From Limnochordia bacterium (GTDB lineage: Bacteria; Bacillota; Limnochordia; DTU080), in assembly GCA_050951545.1 (NCBI GenBank), contig JBMNJG010000006.1:64001-128000 (forward strand): a DNA stretch of 64,000 nt, written 5' to 3'. The first letter of the stretch is position 1. Each line of letters starts with the position of its first letter. Under the pieces are notes generated by a model. The model searched no databases. It worked only from the letters and a program-made list of their open reading frames with translations, and was not told the DNA's origin. The translations under genes were made by a program, and so were the position numbers. This document shows positions 39,646 through 48,904 of this stretch, piece by piece.

Positions 39646-41792
39646 TAAAGGGTCAGGCAGGCGGCGAGATGACGTATGTCAAATGGGCCTGGGCTTACTG
39701 GTGCCTAAGCACCTTACTGTTGTTCTGGGTGACCGGGGTCCATGCCCAGGCAGGCGCGGCGTCCGGATTCCCGGACTGGGAGCCGTGGCACGTAGAGGGA
39801 CCGCAACGGTACACGCAACGAAACGTGCCCGGCACCCCTGGATTCACCATGCGCACGGTGGTCCGGTTGGGGGACGGGTTTCGTGAGCAGGTAGCGCTGC
39901 TGACCATGGGAACACTTTCGTCGCACCCCACGAGTGACCCGGATGTGCTGCAGATCGGATTCATGCCGGATCCTGCCAGCTGGGTAGGGTGGATCGTCAC
40001 ACTACAAAGCCAAGTCGGTGTGGTGCCAGTTGATCCCCAGAACGACAAAAAAGCACCCGTAGACCTCGGGTCTTTGACGCACAGGTTGGATTTGGCCAAG
40101 ATTGGCCCACGCACTGGTGTTTCATATGAATTGTTGCTTGGGTACGATGCCCGTACTGCGACGGTGTCCATCGCCGTTACCGATGATGACAGTGCCCAAC
40201 CGCTGTACAAGGGGACAGTGCGGTTACCGGATCATCTGCAAAACGTATGGGCTGGCGTGGGTGTACGAAATACGGGCGAGCATGCCAGTACCGACGCAGT
40301 ACATTTTGAGGTGCTCGACGTATCGGCGTCGTACCAACCAGTGGCCACGGACTGGTCTGTAGGAGTGCCGACAGATAATGGGGATGTTGTGCCTAGGACC
40401 CGTATCGGTTTGCACGAAGAGCTCGTCATCCAAGTGAAGCCGCCCTTCATGTCGGACCTTGGCCAATACCGCCTTGTTTGGCGAGCCAATGGCCAGAGCG
40501 TAGTGTTGGGTTACTTCGGTCGAGCGCCCGCCAGTGACACGATACGCCTGTTGCCCGGGCATCTTTCGCCGGGCAAAGGGCAGTTGGATCTGGAGTTCGT
40601 TGACGATGGACGTGTAGCTCGTCTGGCATCGCAGGCAATGGATGTTGGATCAATGACTGTGACAGTGGAGGAAATGAACATGGACCGGAATGAGCCAACG
40701 ATCGTCGGAGAGATCAAACTGGCAACTGAAGCACCCGTAAGTGCGGTTCATGTGGAAGTAAACGCCACCGTGACCGAATGGCGATGGGATGCCCGCCAGC
40801 GAGAGTACGAGCAACTCCCTCGCGACACGTATACGTTACTGAGCGAAATCACGGATCTACCCGGTGAAGGCGGGCTAGAGCTGCCCTACAGTATCGCTCT
40901 GCCTGAGCAGCCCGGGATATGGAGCCTAGAGTTCTCTGTCGCGGGCACCATGCGTACGCAGCTTGAGGTAAAGAGCAGAAGACGTCTTTTTTCCACGACG
41001 GGGCACTCCGACGGGGGCCCGAGCAGACTGGTACGCATATGCAGTTATAACATGTACGATTTGCAGGGATGGCCGCTAGAACTAGTTGGTTCCGCCTTGG
41101 GGACGCGCTGGGGCGACAAAAGAGTGCAGCATTTTGCCGACGTCATTAGGGGATTGGACTGCGACGTGCTAGGCATCCAAGAGGGGGGAAATCACGCCCT
41201 GCTCGAACGGTTGGCCCCGGCCGCAGGTGTTAACAGCGCGCTCTTTAACCGGCCGAACGTCTTGCCCGGTGCCGTCCTCACCAAGCATGTCATCCTTGAG
41301 AAACGTGATTTCCGTAGCTCCGAAAAAACCGAAAAGATCCCCTTTAGCCGCACTGCAGGTGCTGCCAAGGTGGATATTCATGGCCGCCCCATGTGGATCG
41401 TAAACATTCATGCCCACCCGTCTGACCAACGATTGCGCGACGAGGAGGCAAGGATCCTAGGGGAACGCATCGACGAATTGCTGGAAACCAGCGAGGACAT
41501 CGTGGTGATGGGTGACTTTAACTCGCTCTACGGTACGATCATTCACAACGCCCTGCTACAACGGGGCTTTCTCAACACGATGATCATTTCGGGCGGTGGG
41601 CTGGTTTCGACGATGAACACCACCAAACCCCGGGCGCTAGATCACATCTACGTAAGCCCATCGCTCATCGGCAACGTGCGTTCCAGTTACGTGATTCAGG
41701 ACTACGATTTTGCCGTGGCCGATGCGGCAAACCCCGATCACTGGGTGCACTCGGATCATCTGCCTGTGGTAGCAGAGCTAGAGATCCGTTAG
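39642..41792 (+). CDS. secreted endonuclease/exonuclease/phosphatase (EEP) family protein with long uncharacterised N-terminus
   Basis: Signal peptide VHA-Q; C-terminal SYN, GIQE, NIH, MGDFN, LDHIY, SDHLPV motifs. Confidence 0.88.
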   Translation: MIKGQAGGEMTYVKWAWAYWCLSTLLLFWVTGVHAQAGAASGFPDWEPWHVEGPQRYTQRNVPGTPGFTMRTVVRLGDGFREQVALLTMGTLSSHPTSDPDVLQIGFMPDPASWVGWIVTLQSQVGVVPVDPQNDKKAPVDLGSLTHRLDLAKIGPRTGVSYELLLGYDARTATVSIAVTDDDSAQPLYKGTVRLPDHLQNVWAGVGVRNTGEHASTDAVHFEVLDVSASYQPVATDWSVGVPTDNGDVVPRTRIGLHEELVIQVKPPFMSDLGQYRLVWRANGQSVVLGYFGRAPASDTIRLLPGHLSPGKGQLDLEFVDDGRVARLASQAMDVGSMTVTVEEMNMDRNEPTIVGEIKLATEAPVSAVHVEVNATVTEWRWDARQREYEQLPRDTYTLLSEITDLPGEGGLELPYSIALPEQPGIWSLEFSVAGTMRTQLEVKSRRRLFSTTGHSDGGPSRLVRICSYNMYDLQGWPLELVGSALGTRWGDKRVQHFADVIRGLDCDVLGIQEGGNHALLERLAPAAGVNSALFNRPNVLPGAVLTKHVILEKRDFRSSEKTEKIPFSRTAGAAKVDIHGRPMWIVNIHAHPSDQRLRDEEARILGERIDELLETSEDIVVMGDFNSLYGTIIHNALLQRGFLNTMIISGGGLVSTMNTTKPRALDHIYVSPSLIGNVRSSYVIQDYDFAVADAANPDHWVHSDHLPVVAELEIR

Positions 41793-41817
41793 CACATACA
41801 GCGAAGAAACGAGGTTG

Positions 41818-42378
41818 ATGCAAGTGAGAGCTTCTGGTGCGAGTGTTCGGTTGCTTTCTCTGCTGTGGGCATTGGTATTGTGTACCGCCTCTATATGTGT
41901 TGCTACAGCCTCGGAGAACCTCCTGGTCAACCCACAGTTTGTAGGGGCACCCGATAGCATACCCCACGGGTGGGTCAAATATGGTGGCGCCGCGGTCTTT
42001 GGTGAGAACCTGTATTTCATCCCGGACGAAGATAACGCTGACGGTTGGATACTCGTAGTCGATCAAGTCGACCGGGATACCTATCACGGGCTGCGCACCG
42101 TGGACCAGCCCGCGGAGGTGGGTGTGGAGTACAAGTTTTCGGCGGATGTGCGGGTCAATGGGGGCCAAGCCTACATTCTGTTGGCCTTCTTGGACAAAGG
42201 CAAGGCCATCATTGATTATACCAGGGTGTTTACAACCAATCGCGAGTGGTTTCGCCTGGAAGCCATAGGGGAGGCTCCAGCGGGCACCAAAGAGGTGCGT
42301 CTGTATCTGTATACGCTTAAGAACGCCCAAGGCACGTACCAGTACCGTAACCCCAAGTTTGAGATCGTTCATTACTGA
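41818..42378 (+). CDS. small secreted carbohydrate-binding-module-like protein (galactose-binding fold, CBM4/9-like)
   Basis: Signal peptide, NLLVNPQF...PHGW, G.EYKFSADVR, W.RL....APAGT.EVRL. Confidence 0.65.
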   Translation: MQVRASGASVRLLSLLWALVLCTASICVATASENLLVNPQFVGAPDSIPHGWVKYGGAAVFGENLYFIPDEDNADGWILVVDQVDRDTYHGLRTVDQPAEVGVEYKFSADVRVNGGQAYILLAFLDKGKAIIDYTRVFTTNREWFRLEAIGEAPAGTKEVRLYLYTLKNAQGTYQYRNPKFEIVHY

Positions 42379-42392
42379 GGAGGTAATCTATC

Positions 42393-43652
42393 ATGCGTAA
42401 TACCGTTTCCACTGCGGCGTGCTTTGGCATGCTCTGTGTGATGCTCCTGTCAGTAACCGCGGGCAGCTCAGACGTGAACTTGAAGACAGCCATGTGGATC
42501 GCGGCCGGACCGGAAGTCGATCAGACTCAGGCGATTTTCGATACCTACATGGCGGCCAATCCTGGGGTTAAGCTAGAGCTCTTGTACCAAAGCTACTCTG
42601 GGTACCACGACAAAATGCTCACCCTGGCCGCAGGAGGCGTAGCTCCGGATGTAATGGTAATATCCCGAATCTTCGTGCCCCCCTTCGCCGAAAACGGTGT
42701 CATTCAACCAGTCGACCGCTGGATTGCCCGCGACAGACTCAATCTACAGCGAGATGTCACGGAAATAGCCTCGGGTACTTGGAATGGGAAAGTGTATGGG
42801 ATACCGATCTGGGGAGGTCCCTTCATTTTCTACTATAACGTCGATATGTTCTCGACCCTAGGCCTGCCCCAACCCAGCGACCTCTCCAGGCGCAATGACT
42901 GGACCTGGGACCGCCTCATCGAGTTGGGGAAGAAGATCACCCGAGATACCGATGGTAACGGAGTGAAGGATGTATTTGCCGTGCCCGCTCCGACATACTG
43001 GGAGGCCTACTGGTATACCTTCATCCGTACGTTTGGCGGAGACATGATCCAAAACAACCGAGTTGTGGTAGACTCCCCTGAAGCCACACGTGGCCTACAG
43101 CTCTTCGCCGACATGCGATGGACCCATCATATTGCCGCGCAACCTGGGGAGCCATCGAGCTTTGTGAGAGGGACTCAGGCTCTAGACCATCAGTGGGTGT
43201 CAGAAGCCCCCAACATCTACAATAGCATCCGAAACACTTTCACCATAGACATGGTGACCATGCCTTCGGGCCCCGCCGGACGTTTCCACACCGCGGGTGG
43301 CTGCCCAGTATGCGTGTCCTCAAGCAGCCAGTTCCCCGAAGAGGCGTATAAGTTTGCCACGTGGTTTGCCATGTATAGCGATGAGTGGCGTCTGCGTGGC
43401 ATTCCCGCTTCCATGAACACCACTAGGCGCGAATACCGTGAATACCTGGGCCAGTTTTTTGCCTCACCAGACGCCCTGATAGAAGCCCTCTCCGGGCCCA
43501 CGGCGATAGAACCCTCGGTGCATCCTCAAATCTCACAACTGCAGTCTGCGTGGAAACCGATCTTCAATACCCTCATCGCGGGCAGGATCAGCGGCACCGA
43601 AGCCGCCGCACAGTTGGCCCGTAGCACCAACGCCGTACTAGGTACCAAGTGA
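42393..43652 (+). CDS. ABC sugar solute-binding protein (family 1)
   Basis: RBS gaggaggt, signal peptide, AAGGVAPDV, VYGIP, YYNVDMF, WTWD, DTDGNG. Confidence 0.93.
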   Translation: MRNTVSTAACFGMLCVMLLSVTAGSSDVNLKTAMWIAAGPEVDQTQAIFDTYMAANPGVKLELLYQSYSGYHDKMLTLAAGGVAPDVMVISRIFVPPFAENGVIQPVDRWIARDRLNLQRDVTEIASGTWNGKVYGIPIWGGPFIFYYNVDMFSTLGLPQPSDLSRRNDWTWDRLIELGKKITRDTDGNGVKDVFAVPAPTYWEAYWYTFIRTFGGDMIQNNRVVVDSPEATRGLQLFADMRWTHHIAAQPGEPSSFVRGTQALDHQWVSEAPNIYNSIRNTFTIDMVTMPSGPAGRFHTAGGCPVCVSSSSQFPEEAYKFATWFAMYSDEWRLRGIPASMNTTRREYREYLGQFFASPDALIEALSGPTAIEPSVHPQISQLQSAWKPIFNTLIAGRISGTEAAAQLARSTNAVLGTK

Positions 43653-43659
43653 GGATGGT

Positions 43660-43694
43660 AGGGCGCCACGCATAGACAACGTGCGTGGCGCCCT
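43660..43694. terminator. bidirectional terminator hairpin, family C copy 1
   Basis: agggcgccacgca...tgcgtggcgccct 13-bp stem. Confidence 0.75.
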
Positions 43695-43735
43695 CTTCTC
43701 ATCACAGGCGATTGACAGATCGCCTGGAACGCTAT

Positions 43736-44278
43736 CTAGCCCCTCCCGGTACTCGGCGGCCAAAGCACCACACGACCCACGGCCACAAAGATTTTATCGC
43801 CGTTTTTCCCGTTAAGGTTCCACGTGCTGACCACGACTCCTTTGTTGGCGCTTGACGCCTCTACCCATTCAAACTTGGTGTAGTCCTCGTCTAGCCAACG
43901 GGAGAACAGGCCCATGTGAGTGACTCGCTCGGTGGTGCTGGTGACAAACACCAAGTCGCCCGGCCACACCTCACGTGGCCGCATCGGTTTTACGTTATAC
44001 ACAAAAAGCACATGGGCCGTGGTGCGGGCGGCTAGAGAGTCACCAGTGTACCATTTAATCCCAGGCACCGATTGGTTGTATGCCCAGATGGCCAACCCGG
44101 AGCAGTCAAAACCAGACGGGGTCTGCCCTCCCCACACATAGCGGGTTCCCAACATCGTGAAGGCCGCCTGTAAAGCTGCCTCCGCTTGTTCCTGCGTGAC
44201 CATAGGCGGCATCTGCCGAGCAGCGCAACTTGCGGTCATTATGCATACACACACGATAATCTGTATTACCCGGCGCAT
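43736..44278 (-). CDS. NlpC/P60 (C40) cell-wall peptidase, probable lipoprotein
   Basis: TASC lipobox-like, LGTRYVWGG, GFDCSGL, PGDLVF, THMG. Confidence 0.92.
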   Translation of the reverse strand: MRRVIQIIVCVCIMTASCAARQMPPMVTQEQAEAALQAAFTMLGTRYVWGGQTPSGFDCSGLAIWAYNQSVPGIKWYTGDSLAARTTAHVLFVYNVKPMRPREVWPGDLVFVTSTTERVTHMGLFSRWLDEDYTKFEWVEASSANKGVVVSTWNLNGKNGDKIFVAVGRVVLWPPSTGRG

Positions 44279-44295
44279 ACCCCGTGCTCCCGAGA

Positions 44296-44510
44296 TCAAA
44301 TCTCAATCTGCATACCACCCCAGCGGACTCCCGCTGGGTTCAGTTTGGCCTCCATCTTCTCATGTAGCATGCCGCCGTTGGGTGAGAGATGATTGGCCAC
44401 GAAAACCGTCCCCACGTGGGCCGTGCCCGCGGCCAGCATCCGCTACGAATTCTGATGGCCCCGTTCAACGAGCCGTCGCCGCTGACGAAGTCACGATCGC
44501 CGTGGTCCCC
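44296..44510 (-). pseudogene. C-terminal fragment of an MBL-fold (PhnP-like) metallo-hydrolase
   Basis: Manual translation ...LNGAIRIR-shift-MLAAGTAHVGTVFVANHLSPNGGMLHEKMEAKLNPAGVRWGGMQIEI-stop resembles the F.A.HFSHNG...H...L...G...DGM.IE tail. Confidence 0.55.
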
Positions 44511-44689
44511 ACCGGAGTTGTCTTTGGGCTCATAGCATCGTTACAGACTTCGTTGAGGATTACCTGCATCCTGTCTCTGTTGGGAGTGACGTCGTGTTGC
44601 AGCAAAGACACATTTTGGCAGTAGCAGAGGGCTATTGGCCAAGGAGTTGGCCCCGGGTCAGATGAGGCACGAAACAGCGTAGTGCAAAC

Positions 44690-44738
44690 GAGAGGGAGGG
44701 CACCACACTGGTTAGTCGAGCGTGGCACCCTCCCTCTC
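44690..44738 (-). terminator. terminator hairpin, family C copy 2
   Basis: gagagggaggg...ccctccctctc; inner arms agggcaccac and gcgtggcaccctc resemble the 43660 hairpin. Confidence 0.7.
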
Positions 44739-44762
44739 ACACAACAGATTCTGCGTTGCGTC

Positions 44763-46040
44763 CTACTGCTGGTCCAGAAGCACCTGGATCTTCGATGCCG
44801 CGTTCCGCATCTCATTACCGATGGGAGCTTGCTTAGAAAAGACGTTCTTGAGATGCTCAGTCATAATGGTGTTGGCCTCAGGATACGAGTTCCAGTAATC
44901 CATGGTGTACACCAGGTTGGGCCCGTAGAATACATTCATCACCCAGTCGCGAGCATAGGCGCCCTTCTCCGGACCTAGCATGCCGAAGAACTCGTTCCAT
45001 AGATCGTTGTAGGGTCCTGAGGGTTGGCGCTTGAGATCCAACACCATAGCCTTTTGTCCCTCATAACTCATCAACCATTCAGCTAGACGCCATGCTGCTT
45101 CAGGATGCCGAGAAGCTACTGGTATGGAGAACAAGTGGCCTTGAGCAAAGCTCAGTTGCCCTGCGGGTGCCTTGGGCATAAGAGCAAAAGCCCAATCATG
45201 TGTCACCCGGTCAGCAAAGGCCGCCGCGTATGATAGCCACCCCATCCACAGAGCAACCCCGCCCCGATAGTAATCCCCTTTGTGACTCCAAGCCCCGGGC
45301 CATCCAGGTGTGACGTTCAAGCTGTTTTGCAGCTCGTCCCAGAAGGAGATCATCTCCAGATAACTGGGACTGTCCACCAGTGCCTTCCGACGATCTGCAC
45401 TCACCCAGTCCTCGCCAGTCCAGATGCGAGACCACTGGAGATTCTGCGTGCTCGCTACTGCCGGGACATTGATGGTCCCATAGACGCGTTTCGTGGGGTT
45501 GGTCAGCTTGCGGGTGAGACTGCGCAGGTCATCCACAGTCCAGCTGCTGTCAGGCGCTGCAACCCCGCTCTCAAGAATATGGTCCATGTTTACATACCAA
45601 ATATGCGAGTTGAAGTCGAAGGGCACGCCGTAGAGACGCCCGCCACTTTTGGCTGCCTCGAGAACGAACGGATAGAGCCGTGTGCGCTTGATCACACTGC
45701 TCTTCTCCCATTCAGGGGTAATATCACGTAGCAGACCGAGTTCGATGTATTTCGGCTTGTACTGCGCCCAGGTCTGCATCAGATCTGGAGCTACGCCAGC
45801 TGCGATGAGCGTCATGATTTTCTCGTTGTACTCTCCGAATGTATAGATCTGTACCTCTACCGTGATGTCCGGGTTGGCCTTCATAAATGGACGTAGCATG
45901 TTCTGCCAGTCTTCCGCCTTCAGGCCGCCCATAGAGTATGTAGCCAACTGAATCGTCGTCTGGGACGCACTGCAGTTGACCGCTAGGACGGTCAGCACGA
46001 CTAGTACCATGGTGAGGATCCGGACTCGACCGCGATTCAT
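44763..46040 (-). CDS. ABC sugar solute-binding protein (family 1)
   Basis: RBS aaggga, MNRGRVR signal peptide, IAAGVAPDL, LYGVPFD, SWTVDDL, HPEAAWRL. Confidence 0.93.
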   Translation of the reverse strand: MNRGRVRILTMVLVVLTVLAVNCSASQTTIQLATYSMGGLKAEDWQNMLRPFMKANPDITVEVQIYTFGEYNEKIMTLIAAGVAPDLMQTWAQYKPKYIELGLLRDITPEWEKSSVIKRTRLYPFVLEAAKSGGRLYGVPFDFNSHIWYVNMDHILESGVAAPDSSWTVDDLRSLTRKLTNPTKRVYGTINVPAVASTQNLQWSRIWTGEDWVSADRRKALVDSPSYLEMISFWDELQNSLNVTPGWPGAWSHKGDYYRGGVALWMGWLSYAAAFADRVTHDWAFALMPKAPAGQLSFAQGHLFSIPVASRHPEAAWRLAEWLMSYEGQKAMVLDLKRQPSGPYNDLWNEFFGMLGPEKGAYARDWVMNVFYGPNLVYTMDYWNSYPEANTIMTEHLKNVFSKQAPIGNEMRNAASKIQVLLDQQ

Positions 46041-46400
46041 GCAATCATTATCTCCCTTCGCAAGTAAACGAATGCTGCGTTCCTTCTCATCATCAACTCG
46101 CCTTGAATCAGGCATTCAACGTCGCGCACTACCGCTCCTGTCCGCTGCTACCGTCTGTATACCCACACCTCCGCTTATTTTCCCTGTGCTGTGCTTTGCA
46201 CAAGTCTTTCACTCTACGATGACTTGACTGAACTGACGCTTCCATAACTCCAGGTCATAGTTACGCATTCTTGTTAGACATGTCCGCCGCCCATTCCTTT
46301 CCGCTTCATGTCCTTCCGGTAGTGGCGTCCCGCAGACTGGAGCAAATCCAAAAGGATTTCTGCCAACCACGCCGAAGACAGCCCTCAACACCTATATGGA

Positions 46401-46566
46401 CACATGAGGTGCCCCTCTTTGCTGTGAGGGGAGAATAGGGAAGTCGGGCAAGAGCCGACGCGGTCCCGCCACTGTAGCCGGAGAGTCTGGTGCCTAAGCC
46501 ACCCAATCACCTGGGGAAGGCGCACCAGCGACAATGACCCGGAAGCCAGGAGACCTGCCTCATGTG
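46401..46566 (+). ncRNA. cobalamin (B12) riboswitch
   Basis: P1 cacatgagg/cctcatgtg; AGGTGC, AATAGGGAAG, gcggtcccGCCACTGT, GGGAAGG and B12-box AAGCCAGGAGACCTGCC, in the leader of nrdD. Confidence 0.95.
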
Positions 46567-46672
46567 CGAAGACCAGTATCTCCTTCGAGGATTGAGGAAA
46601 TGGTCGCCCAACCGCTGTGTGTCGTGCCTTTGCCTTGCAGTACCGGGTCTGTGCGACCAGCGATATGTCGGC

Positions 46673-46698
46673 GCCACTTCTATCCGAAGTGGCTTTTT
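46673..46698 (+). terminator. riboswitch-controlled intrinsic terminator (attenuator)
   Basis: gccacttc-tatcc-gaagtggc-ttttt between the aptamer and the nrdD RBS. Confidence 0.85.
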
Positions 46699-46771
46699 CC
46701 ATCTTAAGCGGGTGGAGTAGCTTCCTCAGTCCTCCAAAAAGAGCCTGGATCATCACAGAGGAGGCATGGTA

Positions 46772-48904
46772 ATGATGATCGCCCACCGCCCGACAACGAT
46801 CATCAAGCGCGATGGCACAGCAGAGCCTTTTGACGCCGAACGAATTCAGAGTGCCATCCAGAAAGCCCTGCGCGCTACTGGAGAAGCCGGATCTAAGACC
46901 GAGAAGGTAGCAGAACAGCTTACGGGCACCATCGTCGTCAAACTGGCCAGCAGTACTGGGCTACCTCGGGTCGAGGAAGTTCAGGACCTCGTGGAGAGAA
47001 CCCTCATGGACCAGGGGTGGCACGCCACTGCCAAGGCGTACATCCTCTACCGCGACCAACGCCGCCAATTGCGCCGCGCCCGCTCGTTAGTTTCCCAAGA
47101 GCTCATTGATCACTACCTCGGCAATGACGACTGGCGCGTGCGAGAGAACGCCAATATCGGCTTCTCGTTGCAGGGGCTCAATATCTACCTGACGGGAGCC
47201 ATGGTCGCCGAGTTCTGGCTCGAGCGCGTCTATCCACAGGAGGTGCGTGAAGCCCATCGCCAAGGCGATCTGCACCTACATGACCTGGGTGTTCTGGGCA
47301 ACTACTGCTGTGGGTGGGACCTACAGGCTCTTCTCATCGAGGGTTTCGGCGGGGTTAGCGGCCACGCTGAAGCTGGGCCACCCAAGCATCTGCGCTCTGC
47401 ACTCGGACAGATGTGCAACTTCCTCTATACTTTGCAGAACGAGGCCGCTGGTGCACAGGCTTTTTCTAATGTAGACACCCTCCTCGCCCCGTACATCCGG
47501 GCCGATGCCCTGAGCGAGGCTGAGCTCATGCAGACCATTCAGGAGGCCCTTTTCAACCTGAATACGCCTACTCGTACTGGTGGACAAGTTCCGTTCACCA
47601 ACTTCTCCTTCGACCTGTTCAGCTCACCCTTCGATCTCGAACCCGCATTGCTGGCTGGCAAAGAGCTGCCCTGGACCTACGGCGAGTTGCAGGAAGAGCG
47701 CTACCGTTTCGTGCGGGCCTTCTGCCGAGTGCTCTTGGCAGGCGATATCAAGGGCCGGGGCTTTACCTATCCCGTCCCGACCTTCAATGTCACACCAGCC
47801 TGGGAAAAAGGGGAGGCGCCGATAGAGGTCTTCCAGCTAGCCGCCAAGTTCGGCAGCCCCTACTTCGCCAACTTCATCAACAGTGAGCTGAGCCCGGATG
47901 ATGTGCGCAGCATGTGTTGTCGGCTGCGCCTCGATAAGCGTGAACTGCTCAACCGCGGCGGAGGCCTCTTTGGCGCCGATCCCATGACGGGCTCCATTGG
48001 CGTGGTCACCATCAATCTCCCCCGCTTAGCCTACCGGAGCAAAGGCTCAGCCGAGGGCTTCTTCCGGCATCTGCATCGCCAGACAGAGCTGGCCGTCACA
48101 GCCCTGTCGGTGCGTCGCAAGGCCCTCGAACGCTTCGCTGAGATGGGGCTCTACCCCTTTAGCTCCCGCTGGCTGGCACCTGTGAAGGAGCGCTTTGGAG
48201 AGCTGTTTGCCAACCACTTCTCCACGATCGGTATCGTGGGAGGTAACGAGATGTGCCTCAACCTGCTCGGTGTGCCGATCACGGACAAGACAGGCAAGGG
48301 GTTTGCCCTTTCCGTGCTTCATTTTCTCCGGGAGCGCTGCGTCGAAGCCCAAGACCACACAGGGCATCTGTTTAACCTCGAGGCAGTTCCGGCCGAAGGG
48401 TGCTCCTACCGTCTGGCACGGCTAGACAAATCGCTCTATCCCGACATTACGGTGGCCAACGAAGAAGCCTGGCGAGAAGGAGCCGCCCCCTACTACACGA
48501 ACTCCACCCATCCCCGCGTCGGTTGGAGCGATGATCCTTTCCTTGTCGTCGAGCATCAAGAGGAACTGCAGAGCCTTTACACCGGAGGCACCGTGACGCA
48601 CTTCTGGTGCGGTGAAGCCCTTCCTGATCCCCAGGCCTGCCAGGAGTTTGTCCTCCAGGTGTGTCGCAGCAGCAGATTGCCCTATGTCACCTTAACGCCA
48701 TCGTTCTCGATCTGCCCCACCCACGGTTACATCCCTGGTGAGCACTTTATCTGTCCAACGTGCCATGAGCCAAGCGAGGTCTGGTCTCGGGTGGTGGGCT
48801 ACTACAGACCCGTGTCGCAGTACAATGCTGGCAAGCAAGCGGAGTTTGGCGACAGAGCCTCTTTCGCTCTGCACAACGATGCCAGGGAGGTGCTTCATCA
48901 GTGA
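46772..48904 (+). CDS. nrdD: anaerobic (class III) ribonucleoside-triphosphate reductase with ATP cone
   Basis: IIKRDG ATP cone, HLHDL, YCCGW, SMCCRL finger loop, PAEG.SYR, CPTHG...CPTC, glycyl-radical RVVGYY. Confidence 0.97.
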   Translation: MMIAHRPTTIIKRDGTAEPFDAERIQSAIQKALRATGEAGSKTEKVAEQLTGTIVVKLASSTGLPRVEEVQDLVERTLMDQGWHATAKAYILYRDQRRQLRRARSLVSQELIDHYLGNDDWRVRENANIGFSLQGLNIYLTGAMVAEFWLERVYPQEVREAHRQGDLHLHDLGVLGNYCCGWDLQALLIEGFGGVSGHAEAGPPKHLRSALGQMCNFLYTLQNEAAGAQAFSNVDTLLAPYIRADALSEAELMQTIQEALFNLNTPTRTGGQVPFTNFSFDLFSSPFDLEPALLAGKELPWTYGELQEERYRFVRAFCRVLLAGDIKGRGFTYPVPTFNVTPAWEKGEAPIEVFQLAAKFGSPYFANFINSELSPDDVRSMCCRLRLDKRELLNRGGGLFGADPMTGSIGVVTINLPRLAYRSKGSAEGFFRHLHRQTELAVTALSVRRKALERFAEMGLYPFSSRWLAPVKERFGELFANHFSTIGIVGGNEMCLNLLGVPITDKTGKGFALSVLHFLRERCVEAQDHTGHLFNLEAVPAEGCSYRLARLDKSLYPDITVANEEAWREGAAPYYTNSTHPRVGWSDDPFLVVEHQEELQSLYTGGTVTHFWCGEALPDPQACQEFVLQVCRSSRLPYVTLTPSFSICPTHGYIPGEHFICPTCHEPSEVWSRVVGYYRPVSQYNAGKQAEFGDRASFALHNDAREVLHQ

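Noticed and set aside
46385-46403. NrdR box upstream of nrdD (aacacctatatggaca)
   Set aside because: Misses key conserved positions of the acaCwAtATaTwGtg consensus and has no tandem partner
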